Shown in pieces: positions 50,160 through 51,159 of a DNA stretch of 51,159 bases (the first letter of the stretch is position 1; every line of letters starts with the position of its first letter). The notes beneath the pieces were generated by a model. It ran no database searches. It was not told the DNA's origin and saw nothing but the letters and a program-made list of their open reading frames with translations. Origin of the DNA: Chiloscyllium plagiosum (lineage: Eukaryota); the NCBI RefSeq assembly GCF_004010195.1, contig NC_057750.1, forward strand, positions 498,219 to 549,377. The letters run 5' to 3'. Made by a program: the position numbers and the translations under genes.

Positions 50160-51159
50160 ACTGATCTATCCTGTCTACCCTGATCTACCCTGATCTACCC
50201 TGATCTACCCTGTCTACCCTGATCTACCCTGATCTACCCTGATCTACCCTGTTTACCCTGTCTACCCTGATCTACCCTGATCTACCCTGTCTACCCCATG
50301 TACCCCATCTACCCTGATCTAACCTGATCTACCCTGATCTACCCTGTCTACCCTGTCTACCCCGTCTACCCTGTCTACCCTGATCTACCCTGATCTACCC
50401 TGTCTACCCGTGTACCCCGTCTACCCTGATCTACCCTGTCTCCCCTGATCTACCTTGTCCACCCTGATCTACCCTGATCTACCCTGTCTACCCCGTGTAC
50501 CCCGTCTACCCTGATCTACCCTGTCTCCCCTGATCTACCTTGTCTACCCTGATCTACCCTGATCTACCCTGTCTACCCTGATCTACCCTGTCTGCCTGTC
50601 TACCCTGATCTACCCTGTCTACCCCATCTACCCTGATCTACACTGTCTACCCTGTCCTCCCTGATCTACCCTGTCTACCCTGTCTACTCTGATATACCCT
50701 GATCTACCCTGTCTACCCCATGTACCCCATCTACCCTGATCTACCCTGTCTCCCCTGATCTACCCTGTCTACCCCGTCTACCCTGTCCATCCTGATCTAC
50801 CCAGTCTACCCTGATCTACCCTGATCTACCCTGATCTACACTGTCCACCCTGATCTACCCTGTCTACCCTGATCTACCCTGATCTACCCTGTCTCCCATG
50901 ATCTACTCTGATATACCCTGATCTTCCCTGATCTACCCTGTCTACCCTGTCTACCCTGATATACCCTGATATACCCTGATCTACCCTGATATACCCTGAT
51001 ATACCCTGATCTACCCTGTCTACCCTGATCTACCCCGATCTACCCTGTCTACCCTGTTTACTCTGATATACCCTGATCTACCCTGTCTACCCTGATCTAC
51101 CCTGTCTACCCCATGTACCCCATCTACCCTGATCTAACCTGATCTACCCTGATCTACCC
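50160..51159. repeat. 9/10-bp tandem array (TCTACCCTG / TCTACCCTGA) running off the window end
   Basis: Seen directly; about 100 units. Confidence 0.97.

Noticed and set aside
50160..51159. Telomeric repeat
   Set aside because: Units are 9-10 bp with no TTAGGG arrays; TCAGGG occurs only as a sub-word.

Overview
Eukaryotic genomic DNA from a draft assembly with three N-gaps. The repeat content (HE1-like V-SINEs with (TCTAA)n tails, SacSINE1-like DeuSINEs, abundant CR1) points to a cartilaginous fish, probably a shark; this is an inference. The only supportable gene is a plus-strand LRFN/SALM synaptic adhesion gene, closest to fish lrfn1l (LRFN1/LRFN3 clade). It has two coding exons (33001-34385 and 38660-39263) giving a 662-aa protein with no C-terminal PDZ-binding motif. 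The rest is decayed LINEs (CR1, Rex1/Babar-like), tRNA-derived SINEs, mini/microsatellites and unique DNA. The most notable hidden structure is about 20 short Penelope-like element (PLE) termini from at least four sequence families. Most carry an intact or decayed minimal type I hammerhead ribozyme motif (CUGAnGA-N-stem II-GAA-palindromic tetramer-H), and the stems differ between families while still pairing. Several are fold-back insertions with 7-16 bp target-site duplications. A near-perfect 2.2-kb palindrome (21498-23672) is most likely an assembly artefact. Repeat boundaries are approximate and read by eye, and family names come from recognition, not a database search.
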